DNA from: a virus
Lineage: Duplodnaviria; Caudoviricetes
IMG/VR virus record: IMGVR_UViG_3300024520_000266
Location: 1 to 34,689 of that record
DNA: 34,689 nt
Direction: 5' to 3' (one strand)
In this document: piece after piece, positions 24,127 to 34,300 of the stretch
Numbering within the stretch: position 1 is the first letter of the stretch
How the letters are laid out: each line of letters starts with the position of its first letter
The notes under the pieces: model-generated
What the model was told of the DNA's origin: nothing
Databases searched by the model: none
Seen by the model: only the letters and a program-made list of their open reading frames with translations
Position numbers and translations under genes: made by a program

Positions 24127-24149
24127 TTGGTTCGCTCCGTTGGTACGGT

Positions 24150-25856
24150 TTATCGTCCTCGGGCTTTCCGCGCCTCGCGTCTCTTGCTTCGCCCCGTCGC
24201 CTTCGCGTTCTCGTCAATCACCTTCCGCAGCGATTCCATGAACCGCCGCTCATCGTAACCGCTTCCGAGCATCAAGTCCTCCTGGGCTCGGCTCGCGCGG
24301 GTGATCGCGAAGCCTTGGGAGGTCAGCGACCACGTCACCTGACGGATGGCGCCATCAACTGGAATCGGCAGAAAACCCGGATAGGTGAACGTCCCGCCGT
24401 TTGTTGCCTGATACTCAAGCGCCGCTTTGGCGAGGTAAACTTTCGATTCTTTGAGCAGTCCTTTGTAGTTGTCGATCAGCTTCCGGGGCTTCGATTGCTT
24501 GATATAGATTTCGCGGGCCAGCTCGGGAACGCTGATATAACGCTTCCGTTTGGGGTGCTTGCTCTTTTTCTGCTTCTCCGCGAAAACTTGGCGGAACCAG
24601 TTGCTGGCATCCTTCTCGCGTATCGTAATCGCGATTCGCAAATAGAGTTCAGGGTCGACGACCTGCTTGCTAGAGCCTGGGCCGACCCACGGAAGCTCCT
24701 CGTACTTTGCGACCATATCGGCAAACTTGACGATGCCGTTTTCCGCGTCAATTTCAAATCCTTTGGAATATATCCCCTCTGGCTGTTTGTCTAAATCCGC
24801 GTTCCGCTTTGCCACGTTGGTCGTCGTGTCGTCGTACCCTCGCGCGAACACGCCCCAGACCCAAGGCGGACGCGGTGCGGGGTCGGGTTCCTTCTCGCCC
24901 TTCTTCGCCTTCGTCGGCTTGCCCAGTTCAATCTGTGCGTCTTCGAGCGGCAGAATCCGAGGCCGGTTGATCCAGCCAACAGCCGGAACCCAGGACTTGT
25001 CCTTGATCCGAAACCAGCGATAAACCGTAGACCTTGCCAGATGGCCGATTTCTTTGTCCGTCGCTGCGTGAAAGTGTGGGAAATCCGCCAACGCCCAACT
25101 CTTTCGTCCGACGGGCCGCGAAATCCGGGGCGTATAACTGAGCTTGTTGATTGGTTTGACGCTCCCGTCCTTCTCAAGCCCGACGGGTTCGAGCGGCAGG
25201 TCAACTTGCCATCGCACCTTGTCGCCAACTATCACGATTTCGCCGGGCGGGTCTGGCGGGTCGATTGAGATTCCGCCCTCAAGCGAGCCGTGCGACGGCA
25301 ATTGGCGGCCCATGTTTTTGGGCCAGAGTTCGACTTGGCTATTCGCGCCGAGAACTACCACGAAGTTGAGCGAATCGCACAACGCGGCCAACGCTTCGGC
25401 CGGATTGTTGTAGTCCCACTCGACCTCGGGATAGACAGCCGTTGGCATCAGCTTCGCGACGCCTTTTTCTTGCATCGCAGCAAAGCAGAGTTCGGCCAAC
25501 TCGCGGGCGTTCTTCTGGGTGCCCTCAATGATCCCGCCGCCAGCCTTGCGGGTGTTGTACTGGCCCGAAATCTGGCCCGTCTCTCGCCACATCCAGCGGC
25601 GGTCCATTACGCGCAAACGCCACTTGGTCGCGCCCTGAGAGTCTTGGGCAATATCGACCGTGTCGACACGGCACATCGGAAACCGGACTGTCGAGTTGCC
25701 GTATCGCCACGTCATCGTGGACGTCAGAAGGTGCGCGCCCGGCGTCGGTGGTATAACCAGGGTCGCCACGCTCGGGCTGATGCCCTGGGTGAGCGTGAAG
25801 TCGGCCGACAGAATCTTCGAGATTCTCCCAAACTGGACCGTACCAAATAACGCCAT
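24150..25856 (-). CDS. putative tail hub/baseplate (Tal-like) protein
   Basis: 568 aa in the post-tape-measure tail cluster; LRVMDRRWMW and AEALAALCDSLNFVV segments resemble hub proteins. Largely positional inference. Confidence 0.55.
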   Translation of the reverse strand: MALFGTVQFGRISKILSADFTLTQGISPSVATLVIPPTPGAHLLTSTMTWRYGNSTVRFPMCRVDTVDIAQDSQGATKWRLRVMDRRWMWRETGQISGQYNTRKAGGGIIEGTQKNARELAELCFAAMQEKGVAKLMPTAVYPEVEWDYNNPAEALAALCDSLNFVVVLGANSQVELWPKNMGRQLPSHGSLEGGISIDPPDPPGEIVIVGDKVRWQVDLPLEPVGLEKDGSVKPINKLSYTPRISRPVGRKSWALADFPHFHAATDKEIGHLARSTVYRWFRIKDKSWVPAVGWINRPRILPLEDAQIELGKPTKAKKGEKEPDPAPRPPWVWGVFARGYDDTTTNVAKRNADLDKQPEGIYSKGFEIDAENGIVKFADMVAKYEELPWVGPGSSKQVVDPELYLRIAITIREKDASNWFRQVFAEKQKKSKHPKRKRYISVPELAREIYIKQSKPRKLIDNYKGLLKESKVYLAKAALEYQATNGGTFTYPGFLPIPVDGAIRQVTWSLTSQGFAITRASRAQEDLMLGSGYDERRFMESLRKVIDENAKATGRSKRREARKARGR

Positions 25857-25874
25857 TGGAATCCTCGGGGTTGT

Positions 25875-28800
25875 CTACGCGTCGCTGACGGCGACGACGA
25901 TGTCCGTGCCAAGGTCCAGTTCGACTTCGGTCAGCGACGCCTTGAGCGTAATATCGTTAGTCCAAGTCACTGTTCTATGAGAGTCGATCAACGCCGAGCC
26001 GCCGTATAGCGTCGTAGTTGTGACGGTTTTGTCTTCCATGCTTCCGTTGAACTCGACACGTCCGCCGTCTTGGACTTCGAGTGTCGTGATAGTGCCCGTC
26101 GATTCGTAAAGAACCGCCCCTTCCCATACGTCGAGAAGCGTCACCGCGCCCGTCCCTTCAATTCTCAGCGTGCCGCCCTCTTGGCGAACGGTTCCAGCAG
26201 CAGAACGGACCACCAAGTCGCCGCCGAGTTTTAGGACGTTCGTCAGCGTCGAGACGCCAGTGCCAAGCTCGACAATAGCGTCGGTGTCTTGCTCGGTCCT
26301 GAATCCGACCATCAGCGTCGCCAGTGCTAGGTCGTCGCCGGGCTCGACAGCGCCACCGACCGATCCGCGATAGACCCGCAGGACATTAGCCGTGTTCGTC
26401 CCTTCGAGCAACAACGCGGGCAAGTCCGAATCACTGACGCCCGTGCCGTGGACGTCGACGGTTGACGCGACCGCCTCAAGGTCCAATGCAATCATTGGCG
26501 ACCCAGCCCCTTCGCCGCGTCCGATGAAGACTTTGGTCGCGCCAAGTTGGATTTGCGTGCCGCGATATTCGTAATAGTCGTCACCGTGGCGGGACAGTCC
26601 CGCCTTGCCCGTGTAGCTTGCCGGGAAGTGAACCTCAGCAAACGTCACGCCCGTGAACGCGGCCAAGTCCCATTTGATGTCGACGTCTGTGTTTTCAACG
26701 AAGATGATGTCGGCCGCCACAGGGGCCGTGCCGCCCGACCAGTTCTCGGCTTCGCCCCAGTGGTTCGGGCTGATCGCCGCTTGCGTGACTTCGTCCGTCG
26801 ACGTGTCGATTGTGTATGTTTGCGAACCCGTAACCGTCAGACTTCCGCCGTTTCCGGTTGCCGCGTTTTGATCCGTCGCACCCGCCGAGCCGACCCATTC
26901 GACCTGCCAGCGCGGTGTTCCTGCCGTGCTTGTGTCGGTGACGGAAACCTCGCCAACCGCGATATTGCTGAGCGCTTCGAGTGCTCCCGAGAGTATGGAC
27001 GCGGAAGCGTTGTACGTGATCGCCGACGTTGTTTGGCCGTCCCAAGTCAGCGTGAACGTCCCGCCAGTGGGTGAGCCCGTCAGCTTCACCTCTTGAATTT
27101 CGTTAACTGGGTCGGTCGCTGTTTGGGTGGTCGCAACGATGATGCCAGCCCCGGAAAGCGAGGTTGCGGTGCCAGTCATCTCGGGCACATTGCCGCCGGG
27201 GTCCGCGAACTCAACGCGCCAAGGCCCCTCGGTCGTGTTTTCGCTTGTCACCGTGACGGCGGTCACGTTGCTAAGCGCTTCGACCGCTGATTCCACGTCA
27301 CTCGCGAGCGCATCGAACGCGATGGCCGCCGTGGTTTGCCCGTCGAAGGACAGGGTAAAAGTTCCGCCCTCGGGACAACCCGAAAGCGACACGGTTTGAA
27401 CCTCGTCTGTTGCCGCGACCGCGTCTTGGTTGACTTCGACGTTGATGTTTCCGCCCGTCAAGCTCGCCGCTGATCCCGTCATCAGTTCTAAGTCGGCCTC
27501 GCCAGGATCAACGAAGGTGATGGCCCACGCGGAACCGCTCGAACCGCTGGCCGAGACGGTCACATCGGTTACATTGCTCAGGGCCTCGACGGCGGTTGTC
27601 ACGGCGGACGCGGCGGCGTTGTATGCTATCGCGGCGGTTGTCTGTCCCGCATAGGTCAGCGTAAAGGTTCCGCCGGTTGGCGTAGGCGTTAATCGAACTG
27701 TCTGGACTTCGTCGACCGGGTCTGAGCTTCCCTTTGTCGTTTCAGTCACGGTGACCGTAAGGCTTGGGCTTGCCGTATACGTTAACGCTGCGACGTCCTG
27801 ATTTCCCCAGTCGTTGCGGAACGTGATAACCCAATCTCGCGTTCGATTCGTTCCGCCGGTGTTGGTCGGGTCAGTAACGGTGACGCCGACATTGTTGGCA
27901 CCAAACACCCGCTCCAAGGCCCGTTTGACAGTTCCGGCCGATGCCCCCGCAATATCAAGCCACCCCGTGTCTTGGCCGTGGTGCTTGAGGATAACCGCAT
28001 GACCAAAAGAGGAATCGTAGGCAAACGTCACGGTTTGAACTTCGTCGGTTCCTGCGCCTCCCTTGGTCGTTTCCTCGACATCGACCGACGAGACGCCCGT
28101 CAAGGCTATTCCACTCCCCGTCAGTTCCGCCACGTTGGTCGCGGCAAGGGTGCCGGTGAACTCGACCAGATACGGCCCGCCATCGTCGCCCGTAACTGAG
28201 ACGTCGCCGCCCGCGATATTCGACAGGGCGGCAAGCGCCAACTCGACAGCCGCCGCCGTCGCGTTGTATGCGAGCGATGATGTGGTTTGGCCGACATAGG
28301 TTAGGGTGAACGTCCCGCCGGTTGGGCTCGGCAAGCTGACTTCTTGAATTTCGTTCGTCCCGTCGTCGCCTTGCAGGTTGGTCTTCACTACGACGGCATA
28401 GCCCGACGTCGCTTTCGTCACGCTCGAACCGTCGCCCGTGATCAGTGGCACGTCGACATTGGCGTAGGTCTGCAAGAACTCCACGGTCCACGGTCCGCCA
28501 GCCGATCCAGTGACCGAAACGTCGCCCGCGTCGATGTTACTCAACGCTTCCAGCGCGGTGTCGACCGTCGAGGCGGACGCGTTGTAGGCAATTGTTCCGG
28601 TGGTCTGACCGTCAAACGTCAGGGTAAAAGTTCCACCCGTCGCCGTGCCGCAAATCTCGACCTGTTGCTTCTCGTTGTCGCCCGCGTCGCCGTCTTGTAA
28701 CGTCGTGATCGTGACGCCCGCCGAGCCGTCCTTGTTCGTCGTCGAGGCGGTCACGGTGAATGGCGTGCCATCCGTCTTGCCGGTCAAGAGAATAGCTGTA

Positions 28801-29087
28801 GCGGGTTTGCTCGTCCCGTTGCCATAATGGAGCGACGCCGACACCTCCGCGAACTCCGCGATGGTGTTGTCGTACTGACCGACCGCCGTGACAATCAGCG
28901 GCAGAAGCTCGGCCAACAAGTCCTCTTGAGTCCCGCCGACCAGTGCTTCGGCGACGTCCGACTCGACCGTCACATCCTTGAGGTTGATCGTTAGCGTGAA
29001 CTTATCGCCCGACTCAATGTTTGCCGGAGTCGCCAGCGTCTTCTGGACTTGCGGTTGGGCGTCGCCACGAAATATCTTGATAGCCAT
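25875..29087 (-). CDS. minor tail/adhesin protein with six internal ~105-aa repeats
   Basis: Repeated (N/D)E(V/I)Q.V...GGTFTLT(F/Y)xGQTT..IAYNA.A..V..ALEALSN...W.VEF; beta-rich C-terminal region starting NHWGEAENWSGGTAP. Confidence 0.8.
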   Translation of the reverse strand: MAIKIFRGDAQPQVQKTLATPANIESGDKFTLTINLKDVTVESDVAEALVGGTQEDLLAELLPLIVTAVGQYDNTIAEFAEVSASLHYGNGTSKPATAILLTGKTDGTPFTVTASTTNKDGSAGVTITTLQDGDAGDNEKQQVEICGTATGGTFTLTFDGQTTGTIAYNASASTVDTALEALSNIDAGDVSVTGSAGGPWTVEFLQTYANVDVPLITGDGSSVTKATSGYAVVVKTNLQGDDGTNEIQEVSLPSPTGGTFTLTYVGQTTSSLAYNATAAAVELALAALSNIAGGDVSVTGDDGGPYLVEFTGTLAATNVAELTGSGIALTGVSSVDVEETTKGGAGTDEVQTVTFAYDSSFGHAVILKHHGQDTGWLDIAGASAGTVKRALERVFGANNVGVTVTDPTNTGGTNRTRDWVITFRNDWGNQDVAALTYTASPSLTVTVTETTKGSSDPVDEVQTVRLTPTPTGGTFTLTYAGQTTAAIAYNAAASAVTTAVEALSNVTDVTVSASGSSGSAWAITFVDPGEADLELMTGSAASLTGGNINVEVNQDAVAATDEVQTVSLSGCPEGGTFTLSFDGQTTAAIAFDALASDVESAVEALSNVTAVTVTSENTTEGPWRVEFADPGGNVPEMTGTATSLSGAGIIVATTQTATDPVNEIQEVKLTGSPTGGTFTLTWDGQTTSAITYNASASILSGALEALSNIAVGEVSVTDTSTAGTPRWQVEWVGSAGATDQNAATGNGGSLTVTGSQTYTIDTSTDEVTQAAISPNHWGEAENWSGGTAPVAADIIFVENTDVDIKWDLAAFTGVTFAEVHFPASYTGKAGLSRHGDDYYEYRGTQIQLGATKVFIGRGEGAGSPMIALDLEAVASTVDVHGTGVSDSDLPALLLEGTNTANVLRVYRGSVGGAVEPGDDLALATLMVGFRTEQDTDAIVELGTGVSTLTNVLKLGGDLVVRSAAGTVRQEGGTLRIEGTGAVTLLDVWEGAVLYESTGTITTLEVQDGGRVEFNGSMEDKTVTTTTLYGGSALIDSHRTVTWTNDITLKASLTEVELDLGTDIVVAVSDA

Positions 29088-29093
29088 CTGGTT

Positions 29094-29840
29094 TTATGCT
29101 CCCCACGCGTGCGGGTTTCCAAAGAACGGGAACGGCGAGAGGAACTCATATTTCCACTGGACGCCGTAGTGTTTGAATATCAAGTTCGACCCACTGCCGA
29201 ATCGCTGAGGCGCCGTCTTATTGATGCTCGGTTTCTTCCGAAGCGACGAAGGCCAAAGCGGGGCTGGGACGGTCGGGTAACTGTAGACCCCGACCGCTTG
29301 GCCTTGCTGGGTCGCGATAAAGGTCGTGCTTTGCTTTAGTCGCTGAATAACGGGCCGCCCGATGTTGGGCTCTAGTGAACCGAACTCAGGCCCGCCGCCT
29401 TCGAAGGCTAACGACTCCTCGAAGCGATCCAAGGCAGTCTTCGGATTGGCAACCGGGATAGTGGCCGACAGCGAGAAACTGTAGACCAGATAGTTTGCAT
29501 ACGCGCCGTTGGCATTGCTTGGAAAGCTCGGCGTTGTGTCGATGAGGATGCCGCCGTCTGTGTCCTTCGATGCGAGCGAATGTTGGCTATTGAGAAGTCC
29601 GCCGCCCGCGTCAATGACGACCCGCCAGTCGCGGCCCGGTAACGAATAGGCCGCGACCAACAATTTGACCTTGTCGTCAATTGAACGCGACCCGTCGCCG
29701 AGCAACATGCCCGTTGCGTCGAGGGTCCAACGCTCTTCTTTGGGCGTCTGGGCGTCCGAATAGACACCCTCGCGACGTATCGAATACTCGACCTCGCCGA
29801 CCTCGTGCTTGTAGTCGCCATACTGGCAATACATGGTCAT
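29094..29840 (-). CDS. putative distal tail protein
   Basis: 248 aa, beta-rich, just downstream of the tape measure gene (positional inference). Confidence 0.55.
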   Translation of the reverse strand: MTMYCQYGDYKHEVGEVEYSIRREGVYSDAQTPKEERWTLDATGMLLGDGSRSIDDKVKLLVAAYSLPGRDWRVVIDAGGGLLNSQHSLASKDTDGGILIDTTPSFPSNANGAYANYLVYSFSLSATIPVANPKTALDRFEESLAFEGGGPEFGSLEPNIGRPVIQRLKQSTTFIATQQGQAVGVYSYPTVPAPLWPSSLRKKPSINKTAPQRFGSGSNLIFKHYGVQWKYEFLSPFPFFGNPHAWGA

Positions 29841-29843
29841 GAC

Positions 29844-29963
29844 TTATTTGTCCAATGCGATAGTTGCGGCGGCCTCTTTGACGCCGGGCACGTTCATCGC
29901 GTCTTCGTTTGCGTCGGGTCCAGTCGATTCGCACCGAATCTTGCCGCTCGGTTGTCCGTCCAT
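29844..29963 (-). CDS. 39-aa small protein
   Basis: MDGQPSGKIRCESTGPDANEDAMNVPGVKEAAATIALDK; GAGG RBS; 3-bp gaps on both sides. Confidence 0.45.
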   Translation of the reverse strand: MDGQPSGKIRCESTGPDANEDAMNVPGVKEAAATIALDK

Positions 29964-29966
29964 TGT

Positions 29967-31907
29967 CTAGCCTCTGCGGTTCGGGAATTGGGCGCGTTGC
30001 TGGTCGGCGTGCTGTTGCGCCCGCCGGTCAAGGTCTTCGAGTCGTCGGTCAAACTCCAATTGTATCTTCCGTTCTAGCAATGCTTCGCGTTCTTTGAGTC
30101 TCGCGGCGACAATTTCGGCGACCTGCTTGGCGATTCGGTCTTCGTCGCGTTCGAGGTTGACTTGGATTTCGCGCTGGTCCCGGATTGCTACATCGAGTTT
30201 GCGTTCCTCCCGCTCCATTCCCGCGATGCGACGACGGCCCGCGCCTTCCATTTCGGCGAAGCCCGCACGCTCGGCCGCCCGGATGTCGCCAGCCCTCGCC
30301 GCTTGTTCGGTTTCTTGCGTGCCGACTCCCGCAAGCGTCCGCCGCTCTTCGCGGGTCAGAGAACCGATACCGCCCGCCTTTTGCTTCCTGAAAACTCTCA
30401 GCGTCTCTTGCTGCTCTTCCGCCGACAGTTGGCCGAACCGTTCCTTGGCCGAAAGGAGGCGATCTTTCTCCGCTTTTAGTCGGTCGCGGACGATGTCGCG
30501 TTCCGACTTGGCCGCGTTTATTGCCTTGGTCGCCGCGTCCCTTTTGACCTGCGACGCTTCTTTTTCGAGCGAAAGCCTGTCACTTGCCAACGTGGTCATT
30601 CGCTGATTGAGCGATAGAAGACGCTCGACGGCTTGTTGTTGGCGTTTTGGGTCGGTGGTCGTGGCGAGTTCTTCGCGTTCCGCACCTATGGCCGCGCCAC
30701 CAAGTTGGGCTTCTCGGTGCAATAGCTTCCGACGCTCTCCAGGGGTTCTGGCCTTTTCCCTCGCCCCCGCAGCCGCACCGAACTGGGCGTCGGATCGGGA
30801 ACGCTCGGCGGCTCGACCGGCTTCAGCGGTTTCTCGCTGCTTGAACTCCTCGACATCGCGACGGGATCGCCTCGCCTCGGCTTGCTCTTTCTCTATCTCG
30901 GCGATTTCGGCTTGAGCGGCACCCGCCCGAAACCTGCCGATATAGCCCGACTCACCCATCGCGGCACGTTCCCGAAGTTCTGGCGTTATAACACGGTGAC
31001 CGACTGGCCCGGTCTTGCCCGCGTTTCCCAATGCACGCTCGGCCGCGCTAACCAAATTGAACTCGGTCTGTATAATCTTGTTTGACAGAGAGTTCACATT
31101 ATTTGCCGCGCCGGTCATCTGCTCGACCACGACCCACGTTGCCGCCCCGAGTGCCGTGATTGCTGCCGTCGCCGCGAGTTGCACCCCGCCGCCGCCAACC
31201 GCTCCGCCAGCGCCAACCCTCGCAGCCGCCGACGCCTTGGCCGCCGCTGCCGACGTTCCGCGTGCGGCTGCGAGTTTTCCTTCGGCGACAGTCTCGGCGT
31301 TGACTTGAGCGATACTGGCCGCCCGTGCGGTCGATTCTACGGCCGATGCGGCTTGAACCGCCGACCGATACGCCAGGACGGCTTCGCGGATGTTCTTGTA
31401 GGACTCGGTCGCACCGACCGCCAAGTCCATCACAGCCTTGACCTTGATCAGCGAGCGCACCAGCTTCTCAGTGTTCTTTTCGCCCATCAGGCCGAGCATG
31501 ACGAAGCCGCCCGTCAACTGCGAAATCGAACCAGCCGACGCGGCAAAGCCAGAATGAAGGCGGCCACGCGCCCCCTCCAGCTTATCCATTGCCCGTTCGC
31601 TGTCGGCGGTCATCTTCTCAAGATGGCGCTTTGCGTCGACCCGTTCCTTCGCCCTCCGACGGGCGGCAGTCTTCTCGGCCGCCGCTTGCGACTGCTCTTT
31701 CTTCTTCTGGTGTGCGTCAAACGCTTTGAGCTGATCGTCGTAGCCCTTTTTGACGGTCTTGACTTCCGCGTCCGTCTTCTTGCGCGAACTCTTGAGCAGC
31801 GATTCGTGGGACTTCTTGACCTTATCCTCGAAGTCCTTGGACTTGGCCGCATTGTCCTTCGACGGCTCGACCTTCAGGGTCCATATAATATGCCGTTCGT
31901 TAGCCAC
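29967..31907 (-). CDS. tape measure protein
   Basis: 646 aa, Ala/Arg/Glu-rich and helical with hydrophobic stretches; directly after the chaperone pair. Confidence 0.8.
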   Translation of the reverse strand: MANERHIIWTLKVEPSKDNAAKSKDFEDKVKKSHESLLKSSRKKTDAEVKTVKKGYDDQLKAFDAHQKKKEQSQAAAEKTAARRRAKERVDAKRHLEKMTADSERAMDKLEGARGRLHSGFAASAGSISQLTGGFVMLGLMGEKNTEKLVRSLIKVKAVMDLAVGATESYKNIREAVLAYRSAVQAASAVESTARAASIAQVNAETVAEGKLAAARGTSAAAAKASAAARVGAGGAVGGGGVQLAATAAITALGAATWVVVEQMTGAANNVNSLSNKIIQTEFNLVSAAERALGNAGKTGPVGHRVITPELRERAAMGESGYIGRFRAGAAQAEIAEIEKEQAEARRSRRDVEEFKQRETAEAGRAAERSRSDAQFGAAAGAREKARTPGERRKLLHREAQLGGAAIGAEREELATTTDPKRQQQAVERLLSLNQRMTTLASDRLSLEKEASQVKRDAATKAINAAKSERDIVRDRLKAEKDRLLSAKERFGQLSAEEQQETLRVFRKQKAGGIGSLTREERRTLAGVGTQETEQAARAGDIRAAERAGFAEMEGAGRRRIAGMEREERKLDVAIRDQREIQVNLERDEDRIAKQVAEIVAARLKEREALLERKIQLEFDRRLEDLDRRAQQHADQQRAQFPNRRG

Positions 31908-32304
31908 GGTTTATCTTGCTTTCTATCGCTCGCGACACCGCGTTGGCGGCTCGCTTGCTTTCGTGCTGGCGGAACGTCGTATCAATAACGGCGAAGTTTG
32001 AACGGACAATCGGGTCAGAAGCGATATAGTCAGGAAGCCCGGCCCCCTTCATGGCGCGATGCTGCAAATACAACCGGACGGTTGCCCAGTTCTTCCGGCT
32101 TAGTTCGTATTGTTTCGCCTTCGCGGGCGATTCTTTCGGGCACTCGTGGCAAGGTGTGGGCTGACCTTTCGCGCGACGCTGACGGACGCCTCGACGCTCT
32201 GCAAACGTCCCGGTTTTCGGGTCGAAGATAAAGGCTTTGCATGTCTTGCAGTCCGTGTTCGCGACCTGCGGATGCTCAAGCAGCAACCGAAGGCCGCTGA
32301 TTAG
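31900..32304 (-). CDS. tail assembly chaperone gpT-like extension, reached by -1 frameshift
   Basis: The -1 frame is open from the slippery site: LISGLRLLLEHPQVANTDCKTC...CHEC. Confidence 0.75.
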   Translation of the reverse strand, partial: LISGLRLLLEHPQVANTDCKTCKAFIFDPKTGTFAERRGVRQRRAKGQPTPCHECPKESPAKAKQYELSRKNWATVRLYLQHRAMKGAGLPDYIASDPIVRSNFAVIDTTFRQHESKRAANAVSRAIESKINRG

Positions 32305-32732
32305 TTTTTTTCGTCGGCGTCCGTCGTGCTAACGGGCTCGCCACCTGCTTCGGCGATTATCGCGTCCGCATAATTCTTGCCCTCTTTGTCGGTCGCGCCG
32401 GGTCGAAGGTCTGTCGCTTGTTGGCCGGATATTATCATGTAGAGCCGATTAAAGGGGACATAGCCCAGGCGTCGCACGTTCTCGAACGTGATGGGAACGG
32501 CGGTCCCTTTGTCGTCGACCTCCGACCAATCGACCAAATGACGCTGAACTTGAGCGACAAACAAATGGACTGTTTTTTTGGAATCCGTCCGCCGGTTGAC
32601 TTCCGCGTCCGTCGCCTCGACGTCCTCGGGAAGCATCGGCCGGTAGCGGAATGACAATTCGTCGTGGAGCCCTTCCGCCGCCTCAATGTAGCCCTCAGTC
32701 GTGTAGCCGTCGTTGATGATGTTTCTCGACAT
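32301..32732 (-). CDS. tail assembly chaperone (gpG-like)
   Basis: 143 aa from MSRNII; LVDWSEVDDKGTAVPITFENV motif; between the tail tube and tape measure genes. Confidence 0.8.
   Translation of the reverse strand: MSRNIINDGYTTEGYIEAAEGLHDELSFRYRPMLPEDVEATDAEVNRRTDSKKTVHLFVAQVQRHLVDWSEVDDKGTAVPITFENVRRLGYVPFNRLYMIISGQQATDLRPGATDKEGKNYADAIIAEAGGEPVSTTDADEKN
32304..32310 (-). promoter_or_regulatory. -1 ribosomal frameshift heptamer A AAA AAC
   Basis: GAA AAA AAC TAA at the end of the chaperone gene; X XXY YYZ pattern in the correct phase. Confidence 0.85.
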
Positions 32733-32845
32733 GTGGTTCGCCTTCTGGTTCGCTGGATTGGTTCGCTCGTCGTGTCGCCGGGGTTGCCTCGGACTCACGA
32801 CGCGAACCGAACGCGAGCAAGACAGCCCCGGCTGTGTCATGCGGT

Positions 32846-33727
32846 CTAGGTTTTCGTGACCTTGCACTCGCTGTTGGTGCCGTTGTCGAAGCAGTTTACC
32901 GTGATCGGCAGGTCTATTTCGCTCTTGCCGTCGACCGTGGCGCCATCTTTAGGGATCTTGCAATTCCCGAAATCGACGGTGTACGTCGTCGACCCGTCGT
33001 TGATGACCAGCGAGCCAGCCGCGCCCGCTATTGCCGCGTCGTACAGATCGGAATTGTCCGATGTGAACGGCGTGCCGACTGTCAGCGTGACCTCGCGATC
33101 CTGGGCCGGAATCTCGGAACGGGTCGTCGAGTTGTTGTATCGGTCGGCGTCCAGCATGTTGTCGATCACTAACTGGAACGACTTGAACTTTCGAGCAGTC
33201 GACAATAGAGTCAGCGTGCAGTCGCCCATGATGAACATGTTGTCGGTCACGAATGTCATGGCGGGGAACGTGCCCGCGTTCGCTTCCGATTCGCTTTCCG
33301 CCTCAAGGTCTAGCGACAGCTCAATCGGCTGACCGGCCGTCCCGCTGAATGTCGCTCGGGACACCCTTATGGCTGTATACGTGTAGACCTTCGTGACCTT
33401 GTCGACGCTCATGACGAACTCGCCGAGCGTGTCGGCAACGTCAGTTACTCCCGCCGCCGTGGCCCCGCCGAGAATATAGGGCAAGAAAAAGTCAATCTCA
33501 CTGGCGGTCGGATGCAAGAGCATCGGGCCTGATACGGCCTCTTGCGTTGCCCGGACGCGATAACTCAACCGGCTTCGAGTGCCGCGAAGTCCGGGGCTGT
33601 GAACGTGCGTTTCGGTCGATTTAAGACCACACGACAACACCTCAATCCCGGTGCTTGAAACGTCAATCGGGGCGACGGTGTCAACGCCAACCTGTGCGGC
33701 ATAGCCTTGGGCGGGAACGTCTGTCAT
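32846..33727 (-). CDS. major tail tube protein
   Basis: 293 aa, Thr/Ser/Asp-rich beta protein (GLRGTRSR, FKSFQLVIDNML, REVTLTV); AGGAG RBS; canonical position. Confidence 0.8.
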   Translation of the reverse strand: MTDVPAQGYAAQVGVDTVAPIDVSSTGIEVLSCGLKSTETHVHSPGLRGTRSRLSYRVRATQEAVSGPMLLHPTASEIDFFLPYILGGATAAGVTDVADTLGEFVMSVDKVTKVYTYTAIRVSRATFSGTAGQPIELSLDLEAESESEANAGTFPAMTFVTDNMFIMGDCTLTLLSTARKFKSFQLVIDNMLDADRYNNSTTRSEIPAQDREVTLTVGTPFTSDNSDLYDAAIAGAAGSLVINDGSTTYTVDFGNCKIPKDGATVDGKSEIDLPITVNCFDNGTNSECKVTKT

Positions 33728-33742
33728 CTGGAAGGCTCCTGG

Positions 33743-34300
33743 TTAGGTTGCTTGCGTTGGTCTTGTTTTTCGGTGCCAAGCGCGGACCACAAACGCCGTT
33801 GCGTCATAACCCGCGTTGAAGGCGACCGGCTCAATGATTGGTTGGATTTCGATGTCGCATTTGTGGTAGTCGGCCAGTCCTCCAACCCGCTGATTGAGAA
33901 ACTCGCCGATAGCTCTTTCGCGAAGATAGTGCAGTCTGTCGTGGCCTGATTCTAAATCTCGGTTCGTAGCGTTTGTCAATACCGTCAGCACGCCAAGGCC
34001 CCAGTCATCGCGGCCCGCCTCGATGTTTTCGAGTTTCTCCGGCACCGGAACCATGAAGCAGCCGGGGTTGTCGACTCCGTCCGTCCAAGGAAACTTGCGG
34101 ACGTAAAAGTTGGCGTCTGGAATCGTGAACACGGCCGAACTGGACGCGCCGAAGCTCGACAGGTAAATCGCAGAAACCCGCTCGGCGAGGGTGACCCAGT
34201 TTGAAGATGCCACTAGGCTCGCTCCGTATCCCAAAGTAACCAGCTTGTAGATGTCCGAGAACGTACCGAAGCCGAGCGATACGAGCGGTGATATAGCCAC
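33743..34300 (-). CDS. putative tail terminator/completion protein
   Basis: 185 aa directly upstream of the tail tube gene (positional inference). Confidence 0.5.
   Translation of the reverse strand: MAISPLVSLGFGTFSDIYKLVTLGYGASLVASSNWVTLAERVSAIYLSSFGASSSAVFTIPDANFYVRKFPWTDGVDNPGCFMVPVPEKLENIEAGRDDWGLGVLTVLTNATNRDLESGHDRLHYLRERAIGEFLNQRVGGLADYHKCDIEIQPIIEPVAFNAGYDATAFVVRAWHRKTRPTQAT

Noticed and set aside
52-33949. Many long plus-strand ORFs (e.g. 52-762, 6504-7457, 12083-13198, 16680-17528, 31179-31988)
   Set aside because: They lie antisense to well-supported minus-strand genes, have no recognisable motifs, and are expected shadows in GC-rich DNA.
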